Source of the DNA: Paraphysomonas bandaiensis
Lineage: Eukaryota > Protista > Chrysophyceae
DNA length: 64,000 nt
Assembly: GCA_965644295.1 (NCBI GenBank)
Contig: CBFFRP010000380.1
Coordinates: 124,001 to 188,000, forward strand
Direction of reading: 5' to 3'
Each line of letters begins with the position of its first letter. The first letter of the stretch is position 1. The position numbers and the translations under genes are program-made. Shown here piece after piece: positions 24,801 to 37,965 of the stretch. The notes beneath the pieces were generated by a model, which saw only the letters and a program-made list of their open reading frames with translations, had not been told where the DNA came from and made no database searches.

Positions 24801-27150
24801 TACCCTACTCGACAATGGTTCCTTGTCGCGTGACGAACTCATCAGAAAAAGAACAAGGACTTGTGGATTATGAAAGTCACCGAAATGAAATTGTTTCGGT
24901 GTGCGCCAGATTTTTCTCGGCATCAGGTTCGCCTCCAGATGGCTACTTGGATGAGCTGGAGAACAAAAGAATTGAAGATATGAGTGATGAAAGCTACAAA
25001 CTCTGGCTTCACTGCATGGAGTATGTGCTTATATTATTATACCTGACACTGATACTGATTGTGTTCTCGTTTATAGGCGGATTGGAATGGGTTTTTTGTT
25101 CAAAACCAAAGCTCTTACCAGCGGTGAATTGTGTCGGCAGACGTCTGCATTAGGTAGCAGCAATGGTAATGGTGGGGATACATTTGCCAGCTGCCAAATG
25201 AGTTCCCCACTTAAGATTCTCATCTTACACAACCACTGCCCATTGTTTACAAGGTATATGTCACTAGCAGAGTGTTTCCGTAGTAATTTCTCGCATATAG
25301 GTATGGCTCGGATAAACGTCTGTACCACATTGCTGAAACTCTTGTGGGATTGGGGCATCAAGTTGCATTTGGTGGAACTTTTAAGTCTGGTCTTGAGTCA
25401 GGTTGTCTTGTCCCTTTTCGTTCTTTCCTTCTTACGTTGTTGCGATACTACAGATGATGACCACAATCGACTGAGAAATATTGGGGCAAAACTCTACAGG
25501 TTTGTAATAATTTGCGTTAGTTGCGTAAGTAATACTTCGCGTAGTCCGTTAGCAGAGAAGCACGATGATGGGACTGTGCACATCATTGAGAGTGCATATA
25601 GACATGTGGGTATATTTTGGACTACGTTAATGTCAAATAATATATTATTTAGTTATTGCAAACGATGAGACCGGACTTCGTACTTATGACGTTGTGGTAC
25701 TGGAATGTGCCCCCTACAACAGATATATTCTATGATTTAACGAGGTGTGATTATATGCAGCGTTCTGAGGGAATAGAAATCTTATGTTCTCTTTACAGAT
25801 CTTTGTTGCCTTCCTCTTCGCGTATCGGTGTACTTAGCGACGATGCCCATGCGTACAGAGAACATGTATGTTGTACTGGGTATCCTGTAAGCTGTGGTGA
25901 TGTTTGATGCGATTCAGCTTCTCCTTAAAGCAAAGCTCGCCGCTGCAAAGTCTTCCATTGTTAAAGGGGAGAGTAGCATCCAGAACGAGGGGGGGGCAGA
26001 TGTGAAGCAGGTATTGAGGTGACAGGTGGTGAGCTTAATCTGCTAACGCCAACTGTAGGTACAACGCATTTGGGCGAGCGAAGTGGTGGCGTATCAGAGA
26101 TCGGACGTTGTTGTCACTATTACTGATAACGACAAAGAGAACATTCTCAAAGGAATAACTACACTCAATTTCAAACGATCTCGTAAAGATAGCGGCAATA
26201 ATGACAATGTATTGTTGATTATAAGATTTGCTATTGTGTACTCACACACTGTGTAGGATATTGACCCTGATAAATTCCAAGTTGTGCGGTACGCATTGTC
26301 GCCTACTGAGATTGTGTCCGACTATGGCGTTCGATTGCGAGGGGAAGGAGGCGGAGTGATGGACGGAAGCAAGAGGGCCCATTTATCATTTGTGGGAAAT
26401 GGGGCAAACCCAACTAACCAAGCTGCAATGCGTTGGTTTTTTAGTGATATTTTTCAGTCTATACAAACAGTCTTTCCAGATATAAAAGTTATCATTATAG
26501 GTTTTAGTTGTTCCTTGGTCGTACTGTTTTCATGCCGTTAATTGATGTTACCAGGTGCAGACTGGGATTACCTTGCTGAGGACTACCCACATTTTAAGGA
26601 TGCACTTGTGATTCGAGGTATTTTGAACCAGGTGAGTACCGTCCATGCGTCTGCGGTCAGCAATATAGTCATCATATTCATCAGGAGGATATGACCTCAG
26701 CACTACTGACATCGAAAGTGTTTATATCTCCTATAGAGGCCTCTACAGGTCTCAACACGAAAAATCTTCTGGCACTTTCTCGGTACGTAGTTATCGAGTA
26801 CTGCATATCCCTTTGACAGATGTTGTTGCTTTAGGGGGCTGCCTATGGTTACTACTGCTGATGGTTCACATGGCCTTATGTACGATCAAGGAGCATATGA
26901 TGAAAATGATTACCCTGCACCTTTCTTTATTGCTGGGTCAGCGGAGGAGTTTTCGCACACTGTTATACGACTCTATAGTGATAACACTCTCTGGCGAAAG
27001 GTGAGTACGTGACATATTCTGAATGGTACTAAGGAATCTTTTCTATAGACTGCTCTGGCTGCCCTCAGGCATGCTAGGTCATCCTTTAGCCTTCAATCCC
27101 AGGCACATGAGCTTGAGCGCGCACTTCAAATTGCTTTTGAAAAAAAATAG
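21801..27150 (+). CDS. Large secretory-pathway glycosyltransferase: signal peptide + LamG/ConA-like + GT-A (GT2-like) + GT-B (GT4-like), many exons
   Basis: LamG: LDGIDDSVSF, FTAMLWF, ERWYHLAFT, IYLNG, FKGSVAEFKIYSEVLS. GT-A: VAIVAPVTSKG, DYFYIVNDDLQFKSMGW, FHRTHVELF, KNWWEDNWLTDIY. GT-B: ILILHNHCP..SGSDKRL, LSFVGNGANPTN..AMRWF, FISPIEASTGLNTKNLLALSRGLPMVTT. TAG at 27148-27150. Confidence 0.75.
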
Positions 27151-28433
27151 AATATTTTATAGAACTAGGTGTAGTTTTCCAACTATATGGCTTGTGTAAC
27201 TATCATTTGGTGTTTAGAGACTTTTACTGCATTGGAGGTTTCATGATAGTAAACTATTCAATGCAGCATATTAATTGCATAAGAAAGTGGAATGTTTTTG
27301 ATAGAGTATCCGCTGTGCATTTTCTTATATCACAAGTATTATAGGCATAAGCAAGTCCAATTCATTGTAGTTGACTACTTGTAAGTGCTTCTGTTGATAC
27401 GAGTACGGCACTCCAAGAAAGTGTTGTATAATCTGTGAAGGACAATACACGAAATATTAGTGCAGTCAATAGTCAATAGTACTGTGTGATTATGTAACTG
27501 TGAAACAGAAATATTGTGTTTGTTCAAGGGATTGAGTGGATTGATAAAATGACTATTGTGCTAGAATAACTAACTCAAAGAAACGATAAATCCTCAAATT
27601 TCAATTATCAATTATAGCTTCAACAAGTGTGCCCCTATCACAGAGAGGCTGAGGGAATAGCAACTGCGAGATATTGGAATACGTACATAGTGTGATTATA
27701 AATATGATAAATTGTAGTCACATGAGGCTTCTTGTTGTCGTTCGCATCGTCATATCATCATCATATTTATATACACACGCTTAACCTGTTGGTGCAATTG
27801 ACTCGAATGCTTAGTGTAAGATATGAGGCACACAATAAGCAGGACATGACCTAAACCCTGAAAAGACTGGGTGCCACACTGCTCCAAATTGCCTTCAGTA
27901 TCAGATGTGGCATAAGAACTTTCCGGTAATATTCTTGAAATTCCTGCAAAGCCCTTGTCATGAAGATAGATTTCTGGCATCACCATGAACTTATACAACA
28001 GACGAAGGATAGAATATAGCTTGAAGTGATTGTTTCTGTCGAACCGAATATTGAAGTTGAATGGCTATATTTTCCCGGTGCTAATATGCATTAGTGTTCT
28101 ATTGAACCTATATAAGCCAAAAAACACGTTTTTTAATATATATGCCGTAACTGTATATATATACGTCCAGTATAATAGAGATCATAGCATACTATCTACG
28201 AATATAGCCCACTTTATTCATAGTTATTTATAATGTGCATCTAGAACCTTACAAATTAGTAAACTTAGCACGTTCTAAATATGCTTAGGAATTCCGAACG
28301 AATTTAAAGAGCTGTGAAAACTGATGTGGCGAACCATATATGGCTATATGAAAGGCCCACATTTCTAGGGCAGTGCTACATCTGTATGAAACACTGAAAA
28401 TATATTTTCATTAGCATGAAATAGGTGTCTACA

Positions 28434-28911
28434 TCAGCCCTTTTTAACACTTGTGTTAAACTCACTGGCAAATTTCGAAATACCACCTTCTAGATTGAAG
28501 ACATCTGTGAAGCCGAGTCCACTGAGGTACTGTGCAAAACGCATACTGCGAACTCCAGCATGACACTATAAAATACATGTCATATATATCACATAAGTGT
28601 AGTGATCATACCATACATATAACCGGCTTCTCAGTAGTGAGTATATCTGATTGAGATAGTTTAGATTGCCATTCATTTGCTTTACTTAAAGGCAAATGAA
28701 TCAATCCTTTTGTATCTATTGACATTATACGAAGCTCATCTTCTTCTCTGACATCAACAATTTGATAGTTATTACTATGAATGTCATCGTTTAGTATCTC
28801 TGAGAATTGAGATGCTGTCATTTGCTGTATTGTAGATGAGAATCTTCTTATGGTAGTGGGATTCTTCCATAAGGAAGTATGAAGAATTGTTTGAATGTTT
28901 CTTGTTAGCAT
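28434..28911 (-). CDS. Single-domain rhodanese/sulfurtransferase, probable mitochondrial presequence, 2 exons
   Basis: IVDVREEDE, HLPL, PVICM|CHAGVRS active-site loop across the intron, VFNLEGGI. Arg/Ser-rich N-terminus. Confidence 0.88.
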
Positions 28912-28990
28912 TGTTGATATATGGAGATAGTTATGTGATGGTTCTTAATGTTGTGGAGGGGTCACTATGAGCGCTATAGACTATGCAGCA

Positions 28991-29129
28991 GCGTATCGGT
29001 AGTCAGCATCTTATTTTTCGGAAATAAATTGAAGCAAAATTTGTCTATAATTACTGTGATACAACTACGGATGAAATACAGATAATTGTTGTCTCAATAT
29101 TAGAGGCATCTTGGAACAAAAATATACTG
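28991..29129 (-). repeat. Dispersed ~135 bp repeat, copy 1 of 3
   Basis: Core ATTGTTGTCTCAATATTAGAGGCATCT shared with 37852-37965 and, reverse-complemented, with 53657-53794. Confidence 0.9.
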
Positions 29130-29540
29130 AGGACGCCGATACGAGTATACAGCAGCACAGGAGGGAGCATACATGTAGAGTAGATCTTTAATATATTGTG
29201 TTTTATGGTACGAATATTCCCTATTTTTACATAGAAATAGAAGTTTAATATTAAATTTTCACTAAAAACTAAACAAAACTGGGCATTTTTTGGACAACAG
29301 GGTCTTTTTTGTTCTGTTGTATGTGTGTCGTGTCAGTCGAGGAACCATTGCTTGATTACCAACATAGCGATATGATTGGCTGGGCCACAGAACTTCACAC
29401 TTCATTGAGAGGGCTATGCATCATCCCATAGTTTAAAGCCCATATATATACAATCCAACACTTAGCTTCACGGGTTACATTAAATAATCACATGTAGCCG
29501 GTGATTTCATTATTACCACAAACATACTTAATAAACACTC

Positions 29541-30815
29541 ATGCTATCTAAACACACTCTAGGGAGCTTGATATGTCTCATGGGTGTCCTGGCACTCACA
29601 CCTGATACCCTTTTATTAAGGAAAGTACAGTCTATTGATTCTCAAACTGTATTATTTTATCGTTATGGATTTCATGGATTTACAGTATTCATGTATTTCT
29701 TTTATAAACATAGAGAGAACACACTATCATGTCTATATAATGCTGGTTCAATTGGATTTATTGGTGGGATTTTATTAGGGGCATCAAACTATATGTTTAC
29801 AACTGCAATACATCTCACTGCAGTGGCTAATGTATTAGTAATAATAGCTACGAGCTCAATGTTTTCAGCTCTATTTAGTTGGATATTTGCAAGAGAAGTT
29901 CTCTTACTCAGAACTGCTGTTACTATCGGTGTATGTCTCGGTGCCATCGTGTTTATATTTTACGATCAACTCGGTGGTAGTGGATCTAGAAATGATGTGT
30001 TAGGGAATATATGTGCTGTATGTGCAGCTGTATCATTAGGGTCCTATCTGTCGCTCGTAAGCTACACAGAAGGAAAGCTCAAAGAACGGTATGTCTTTAA
30101 GTATTTGCAGGAAAATTTATGATATGGACGCAGGGAGATTGATATGGTTTCATGCAATGTGACAGCAGGTGCATTAATTGTTATTGGTACGTAAATTACG
30201 TCAGTAGGTAGCGACTCTCAATCTGTATATTCAGTGGCTATTGCAAGAGGAATCAGACCAGAGTCTGTTGTGCCAGATGGAAACTACAATCCACTCATTT
30301 TTCTGATGCTGCAAGGCATCCTAGTGATGCCTGTCAGCTTCACTCTCCTTACTATAGGACCTAAATATGTATCAGCCCCGGAAGTAGCCCTCTTCATGCT
30401 GATAGGTAGGTGTGCTCCGCACTGGACGCCGTGTTACGTAAATACATTCCTTTCTAGAGACTATATTGGGCCCTTTATTCGTGTGGTTGGGTGGATATGA
30501 GGCCCCGCCGATCAGAACTGTGTACGGAGGGGCTGTTATCGTATGCGCTCTAGCGTGTAACAGGTAAATAGTCTTCTCATTGAATCGGTATCTCACATAT
30601 TGTGTAGTGTGTACTCGATAAGACATCCACCCAGTGGGGTTGCTTCGTTAAATAGTTATGACCATGTGATATCCTCCTCACCCAGTGATGTGGCCAAAGA
30701 AAAAGAATATATAGATGCGAATATAGAGATCTTAGCTAATGGTGACACGTGCTCAGAATCAAAAATATATGACCTTTGTGATTCGAAAGTTCCCGAACTT
30801 GAAATGGCTCTATAG
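29541..30815 (+). CDS. EamA/DMT family membrane transporter, multi-exon
   Basis: Multiple TM segments, LTPDTLLLR, AIHLTAVANVLVI, MFSALFSWIFARE, LLTIGPKYVSAPEVALFMLI|ETILGPLFVWL. Confidence 0.88.
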
Positions 30816-31470
30816 TTCAGTGCGGCTCTATTCCACGGGGGAGTAAAATACCTTATATATATAAGCTGTAATACAGGGTGTGAAGTATATCGTGTATTCG
30901 TGCTAAGTTATAAGTTAGATTGTTTCCTTTGGGGCATATATTTGACGTGCGACATACCACGAAATATTTATATTTCTAAAATATACTACAAGTGAAAATT
31001 TTATATGTGTATATCGAATACACTACTCCATACACCGTGATACCGGTACCATATATTATTACACAGGTGTTGTGTAAAATAATACATTCAATATGTATTG
31101 TTCCGTACTAATGCACAACACACTGGCTCCCACTATTGAAAATTGCTCATTTTAAGCTAGATCACAGAGAGAATTTGTCGTAAGACTAGATAGATTTATA
31201 AATATCGTTTACACGAAGTTGTGATAACCAACACTAACTCATTATAATCCATGCCCACAATATATTATTGTAAATTGTAAGCACAACATTTCACTTGTCC
31301 TGACCGTTTCCAATCAGAGTTAAAGCTAGCACTCTGCAAATCTAATGTTTCAGCACTGCCAAAATTAAGCGTCGCTCACATATAACAAACACAAAATTCT
31401 ACTTGATATTATTATTTTCGTCACTCAATTGCGGACTACAGAGATTTCCAACAATATGAACAGAAAAGAT

Positions 31471-33054
31471 TTAGGTCTGGTAAACTCGCTGACTTAACGG
31501 CCTCGCAAGGTCTGAAAGGGGCCCGTGGGTCGCCGCAGTAGCATTATTTACACACGAAGGCTTTGTCCGTACAGCGTCTACAGCTTTGGATACTATATTT
31601 ACAACGGCGTCTACATCAATGACTGTCCCTGAGGATGTACTTGTTCCGTCCTCGGCCTGGTACCGATAGTAGTGCATACCATAGTGTCGAGCTAAGTTTC
31701 CAAATCCCCTAATCGTGTAGAAACCTTGAGATGTGTCAGGAAAAAGTTCCACAAGTGCACAGCAATTCGGTTCACCGACAGCAGCGTGGAACATATTAGC
31801 CGTTCCAGCACCGTGCATTGTCAGAAGCACACCCGCACTGTGTGAAAGAGCGACTTGCTCTTTGAACGGCAGTCTCGCAAAACTTTGAACAGTCAGCCGC
31901 ACACCTTTGATGCGCTTTAGTGCAGTAACTAACGGATCAAGGTTGGCAATAACACGAGCACTGTTTGAGCTACCTTTACGGTGATTAATTTCCCTAGTCT
32001 CCAGGACCACATGCACCTCATCAATAGGGGGAGGCGGAAGAGAGTCTTGGCCATATCGATCCCGCCACATCTCTCGGAGATGCAAGGAAAATGACTGATA
32101 CAACGGTGAAGGGCCTCGAAAGGAACACGGATTGTCGTTGGACCAGTCCGCCCAGAACCATGGATATCCAGGGAAATATTGAAAGTATAGCTCTGAGAAG
32201 CAAACTTTCTTATCTCCATAGTCTTTCCCCTTTGCTACCTCGTTAAACCAGCTCTCAAAATATGCAGAAAAGGGTCCGTGTTCGTCCGGGCGGCCAGGAA
32301 TCATCAGCCGGTGGGGCGTGCCCCCTCCTGGTCCTCCAGCTCTTATCCCATCCATATTTATCAGTAGGGAATCTCGCCCCAATCGACCAGTCAAAACCAG
32401 CATACTCCAGACCATTATAACGTCATTCATGTAATGGCTTAGGTTAAAGCAGTCGTCGTTAGATAGAACGAAAGTTGGTCGCGTCTCCCACACGTCACAC
32501 TCACCAAGTGCGGGTACGTGCTTGTATCCAGGTGCAGGGCTGACTGAAGTGCTTCTTGTACCATGACTCTGTACAAACCCGGATGCAAACTCTCTGTGGT
32601 CATTAAGAACACGAGAAAGTGCAAAATCAACTGTAGCATTCGTGAGTCTACATAAGGTATTCGCTTTGTTGCTCGTTATACACTCGATTCCATCAGTCGG
32701 TTGTGATCTCACTTTATAGCGTTGCTTTATCCAGTAATTGAAAAAATTCCAGCCATAGCGCTGATTACATGACATCACTTTGTTGAACTGTATCAGCTCC
32801 TCACAGTTGTTGATCGTCCACATATCTCGTAATTTCTTCGGCATTGGACCCCAACGCTTCCCTATAACAGTGCCATACTTCTTCATTGTTGCCATGCACC
32901 AGTCACGACCCACTTGTCCTTTGATTAACTCAACTGTGGAGTACTTTTCTCGTATAGAAGCATCACATTGAATATATTCTCTAGTGTTTGAGGCCACAGG
33001 CATCATACACATGAATAACACCACCACAAACACCTCTACTGCACAATACATCAT
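31471..33054 (-). CDS. Glycosyltransferase family 61 (EOGT/DUF563-like), secretory pathway
   Basis: Signal peptide, FNLSHYMND, LPFKEQVALSHSAGVLLTMHGAGTAN, LVELFP, FGNLARHYGMHY; intronless. Confidence 0.85.
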   Translation of the reverse strand: MMYCAVEVFVVVLFMCMMPVASNTREYIQCDASIREKYSTVELIKGQVGRDWCMATMKKYGTVIGKRWGPMPKKLRDMWTINNCEELIQFNKVMSCNQRYGWNFFNYWIKQRYKVRSQPTDGIECITSNKANTLCRLTNATVDFALSRVLNDHREFASGFVQSHGTRSTSVSPAPGYKHVPALGECDVWETRPTFVLSNDDCFNLSHYMNDVIMVWSMLVLTGRLGRDSLLINMDGIRAGGPGGGTPHRLMIPGRPDEHGPFSAYFESWFNEVAKGKDYGDKKVCFSELYFQYFPGYPWFWADWSNDNPCSFRGPSPLYQSFSLHLREMWRDRYGQDSLPPPPIDEVHVVLETREINHRKGSSNSARVIANLDPLVTALKRIKGVRLTVQSFARLPFKEQVALSHSAGVLLTMHGAGTANMFHAAVGEPNCCALVELFPDTSQGFYTIRGFGNLARHYGMHYYRYQAEDGTSTSSGTVIDVDAVVNIVSKAVDAVRTKPSCVNNATAATHGPLSDLARPLSQRVYQT

Positions 33055-33612
33055 ACTGAGCTATCAGATCTATACACAGGGACTCTCACAGATAATTGTT
33101 ACTTGTTAAACTTTCTTTAATATCATGGAAGCACTCCCATGAGCTGCAATATCCTTTAACGCACTCTTGGCTGCTCTGTGTATAGTGCTTGTTTATTAGT
33201 CACATCATTAAATAGCATATATTCTATACTAAAATGGGGGAATATGTCAAAAATGGGAGAAAAAGGCCGAATATTATGATTTTAGGATCTGAAAACAGGA
33301 GTATTTAGTACAGTAATAATAAAACTCTGTTCATACTATGCTGCACTACTGCACTAACTCAAGAGCTCATCCTGCTGTATGGTGGATCTCATACAGCAGA
33401 GTACATATGGCTAAAGTAAGTAAGTTATACGCTATGTACATGAAGGATTGTATATGTACATATTCAAATACGAATCTCTCTGTAGTGAATAAGGACCGCC
33501 ATAAGATCAGATGATGATATATATACCCATCCAGTGGACACAACTCATACATACACTTACTATTAATAACTTCAGATAATTCCTATCCAGTGTGTTAATC
33601 TCTGCGGCTTGT

Positions 33613-36600
33613 ATGAAGGAGATGATGACAAGAGATCCCTTCCAGTCCAGTTCGTCTTCTAATAAGAGTATGGAACCTAAAAAGAGGGGAAGACCACCTA
33701 AATCTTTTTCACATTCATCTGATCAGATTCCTCCTCCATTGAGAAAGAAAACACGTCAGATATCTGGGTCGATGTTAACTGGTGCTGCTAGTCCGAGTAG
33801 AGGACAAGTAATGGGGAAGACGGGATACACAGATGTAAATAAGGTATATATATATACATAGTTACATATATATAGTTACATATATACATTCATATACCTG
33901 TACATATATGTAGACATGTACACATACATATATATAGACATATTCCTGTAGATACGTTACGAGATGTAGAGAAGTAGAAACTAATAAATGTGGTGAGCTG
34001 CTGGGCCTGATGTTCACTGTCATTCAGAGACTACTTGCAGAAGGGTGGCAAATAGATACTGCATGTAGTAAGTGGATAGGAAAGAAAGTCCGACGGTTTT
34101 TCGTTGGTCATGGAGCTGTGGACGGTACTGTTGTAGGATACATGCCCTCCGACTCTGCTGAAGGTATATACACCGTCTTTTCATGTAACTGTTGTCTTTT
34201 CTTGGTACACATACTATTTTTCCTATTGACATAAGTACTTATTCTCTGCCTAGGTCATCCTCTGTGGCACGTATCTCACGAGGACGAAGACAGTGAGGAT
34301 ATGAGCGAAAGCGAGTTGGAGCTTTGTAGGCATGTCGTGTATATTTTGTGTGTTATAGTTTAACAGCGATTCTCATGTTTGCAGTAAGCTGTATGATTCA
34401 GAAGCAAAGTGCTTGAGCAATGAAGAATTTCAACGACTACATGAAAAATGCGCGACTATTTCTGATAGATATCCTGACAGCAAGGTGTTGGCACACTTTG
34501 CTCTGCGCACAGGGGTTACATGTTCAAGAGTGGGCTCGTCATACCAGGCAGATTTGAGCAATCTATCTCCACATGAGGCATTACCCGACAATTCAGGTTC
34601 AGTGATGACAGTGTGCACAGAGAGTGATAGCTATGAGCCTGTACTTCATAAGGAGTACCTATCTCGAGCGCACGTGGCGGCTCTATTACCAGGCATGGTG
34701 GTGCAGGCGCGGCTCCCTTCTCCTCATTCTTTGCTTATTCCAGTTTGTCTTGTCGCTCATCTGGCAAATGGGAAAGTTGTGGTTTTTGACGGCTCCTCAC
34801 ATCACACCTTGCTCATGACCGAGTGTGTACCGCCGAGTGTCGACGAGCTTGACATAGACGGGGCGTGGATGAATTCCGGTGGACGCATGGATGATGCGGT
34901 GTTACGAGTGCAACGGACCGCTCAGCTGATACTATCTTTGCAGCTGTCTGGATCAATTCTAGAGCTACTCCTTTTTGCTTGGAAGGAACACAAGAGTGAT
35001 CTGGAGACGGGTTGGAGGACTCACCTGAGAAATGTCCTTTCTTTCAAACAATTACTTGGTTTTTACCACACCCTTTGCCCAGTCCTACTTAGAGATAAAA
35101 GTAAACAGGGATGGGAAAATCTTAGGCGTGTGTATCAATGTGCTGATGCAATACGTGGCACTGAAATATCACCGCCTTCATCAGTCAGTAACAACATGAT
35201 CATGGAAGGGGACTGGGGGTCGGAGGCCGAGGATGAGGACGTTTTCTACCCAAGTGGCCCTAGTTTTATTCTAGAAAACCCTTCCCACGCTTCTTTTCCA
35301 TCGTCCCCACGTTCAGTTAAGCGTAGAGGCAGGGGCAGGCGAGAAGTCGAGCAGATCGACCTCGAAACAGGAAAAGTCATCGCGATATACCCTTCCGGAG
35401 TTGCTGCGGCCGCAAAGATTGGCGGCTCTCAATCGTCTGTCTCTGCCTGCTGTAGGGGTAAAACCAAACAGTACGGTGGGTACAGATGGCGGTTTGTGGA
35501 ACGGGATTGTGAGGATCTTTCATCGGTAGGTCATATCAGTACTCAAGATACGACGCATAGCCTCTTTGCTAGTACCAGCGATTACGACTCCTGGCAGTCT
35601 GATAATTCTGATGATGACTTTCGGGAAGCGAGTAAAGTGCATGTGCGAGAGCAACATATCGTGAAGTATGACACTGAAACTGGAGAAACAATAGCAGTTT
35701 ACGCAACTGTAGTGGCTGCTGCTCTCGCGCTGGGTGAAATGCGGACATGTAAGTCCGAAACAGCTATTTCTTCTTGCTGTCGAGGCACACGAAGGGCCTA
35801 TGCTGGATATGGGTGGCGATTCGCAAAAAAACATGAACTTATCCATAATGGTCTGTCTACTCACGGACAGCGAGCTGATGCAGATAGCAACAGTTCGTCT
35901 CGTAGTGACGTTGAGAGTAATGCAGTCAGCGATGATGACGTTGAGAAAAAGTTGGATGTCGGTGGTATGACGCGTCCGAGAAAGCAAGGCCGTAAGGTGG
36001 TTCAGTGCGACTATGACACGGGAGCGGTGATTGCAGTCTATCCAAGTGGAAAGGCGGCTGCAAATGCAGTAGGGGGAAGACAGTCTTCAATATCCAGCTG
36101 CTGTACAGGTAGATTTAAGTCTCATCTTGGGTTCAGGTGGAGGTTTGTATCAATCACTGATAACAATTCGTCAGAGGCCACTTTGCTGCATGAACACGCC
36201 AAGAAAAGACCTGGTCGTCCCTCTCGAGGAAGAAAGAAAAAAGCTGCTAGACAGATGCCTGCTAAGCGTATGAAAGCGAGTAATCTCCGTGGTTCCATTA
36301 GTAGCAGGAAGGGACGTGCGGTTGAGCAATATGACTTGGAAACGGGTGAAACTGTTGCAATACACCCATCTGGGGTTGCAGCCGCTAATGCAATTAATGG
36401 CACGCAGTCTGTTATATCCGCCTGCTGTAGGGGAGTAAAAGAGGAGCACCGTGGGTTTGGGTGGAGATTTGCAGATGGGAATTCTGACCTGGCAGATGTG
36501 AGTATGGCTGATGACGACGGTTACAATGAAGCAAATAGTGAAGAATTTACAGTTTTAAAGGATGATAAATGCGAGCTTCATGTTGATGCGGCCAATCGAC

Positions 36601-36851
36601 AAGGCGTTCAAGTTCATGACTCCAGCGACGTGCATCAGAGTTCTAATTATAGTACAGGTAGTGGTAGTAGTATGAAGAGTAGCGTCGACTTGGGGACAGG
36701 TGCAAGAAATGAAGCAGACGTTATTAGTGACGAAAATTTCGAAAACTACAGTTCGAAAGGTAGCCTAGATAGTGATGGCTCAGAAGACTGTAGTATTATT
36801 AGCGGCCTTAGTAGTAGTGACGAAGAGAATGATGAATCGTTGTATATCTAA
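33613..36851 (+). CDS. Nuclear DNA/chromatin-binding protein: AT-hook, Tudor-like domain, ELM2-like motif and four NUMOD1/IENR1-like DNA-binding repeats
   Basis: KKRGRPPK; WIGKKVRRFFVGHGAVDGTVVGY..|HPLWHVSHEDEDSEDM; RVGSSYQADL; four repeats of V-x-Q-x-D-x-E-T-G-x-x-I-A-x-Y-P-S-x-x-A-A-A...ISxCCxG...GxxWRF at ~35340-35498, 35655-35822, 35991-36146 and 36315-36470. Confidence 0.8.
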
Positions 36852-37851
36852 AATATCATAGTGTAGTGCGAATAGAAGTTTGTGTGGGTTTTGTGCTTAG
36901 TTAACCGAGATGTGGTGGATAACCAAGATGTTACTATAGCTAGTTATGGTGAAATGGTGAAGGTGCTTTTACCAGAATAGTTACATACAACAGCGGCATT
37001 TCAGAGAATTTATTTTACATCTCTTCTGTTGATTTCTATCGTATGTATATGTGAATAATGTATTATTGATGTCTAGTATTGTTGTACTACTTCGAAAATC
37101 GTAAGTTGAAACTGCTATATCAATAATTATATAAAATTCGAAAACTTCAATATTATTTTCCCATTAGATATAAGATTCATTCATTATATGTTTCTCGAGA
37201 AGAAACTTGTAAGACTAAATGAGTACATATTGCTATATAGTTCTGTAGTAATTGTTGGTCGCCACTCTCTCAAATGTACTTTCATATCATTCCAGTTGAT
37301 TAATTGTGGACGCTGCAATATATACAGAGAATTTTAATCTCATATAGTGTAGAAGTGCTTTAATAAGCTGCGTAATATAATAGAAAAAATGTCCCCATAA
37401 TCATTGTAGACATCAAAGCCTGATCAGTATATGTGTATGTGTTTTTCCACTATGAATGAACCGGCCACTCCACATATCCTCCCCATTAGATATATAGGAA
37501 TACACATTGAGACAATGACGTGGCAAGTATCCTCTGTGTCTCTGTGTGTCTGTGTATCTCCCCATTTGGATGTGTTCATTCTAATTAGTTTATTATGAGT
37601 GATAAGGGACGACAGCTCCATTGTACTGCTGGATATACTAGCAATACATGTCTACTTCTAAGGTACTGATAGAGGTGTTGATAGCCTATCTGCATGATCT
37701 TCTACTAATGGATATGTAGCTGCATCTGTGATTGGGCTGGATATGCCAGTGTACCTTTACATACACATAACTCAACACAGTGCGTATCTCGTATCTGTGC
37801 TATGGATCTTACTGTAGCTAGATCCTCCATGCGACTGGACATATATGGCCA

Positions 37852-37965
37852 TTTTTTCGGGAATAGATTGAAGCGAATATTCTCTATATTACTGCAATAC
37901 AACTACGGCTGGAATACAGAGAATTGTTGTCTCAATATTAGAGGCATCTCTGAACAAAAATACAC
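37852..37965 (-). repeat. Dispersed ~135 bp repeat, copy 2 of 3 (more diverged, shorter)
   Basis: TTTTTTCGGGAATAGATTGAAGC...ATACAACTACGGCTGGAATACAGAGAATTGTTGTCTCAATATTAGAGGCATCT. Confidence 0.88.

Noticed and set aside
27750-27998. 82-aa minus-strand ORF in an intergenic region
   Set aside because: Non-ATG start, no motif and no flanking exons found; possibly a decayed fragment.
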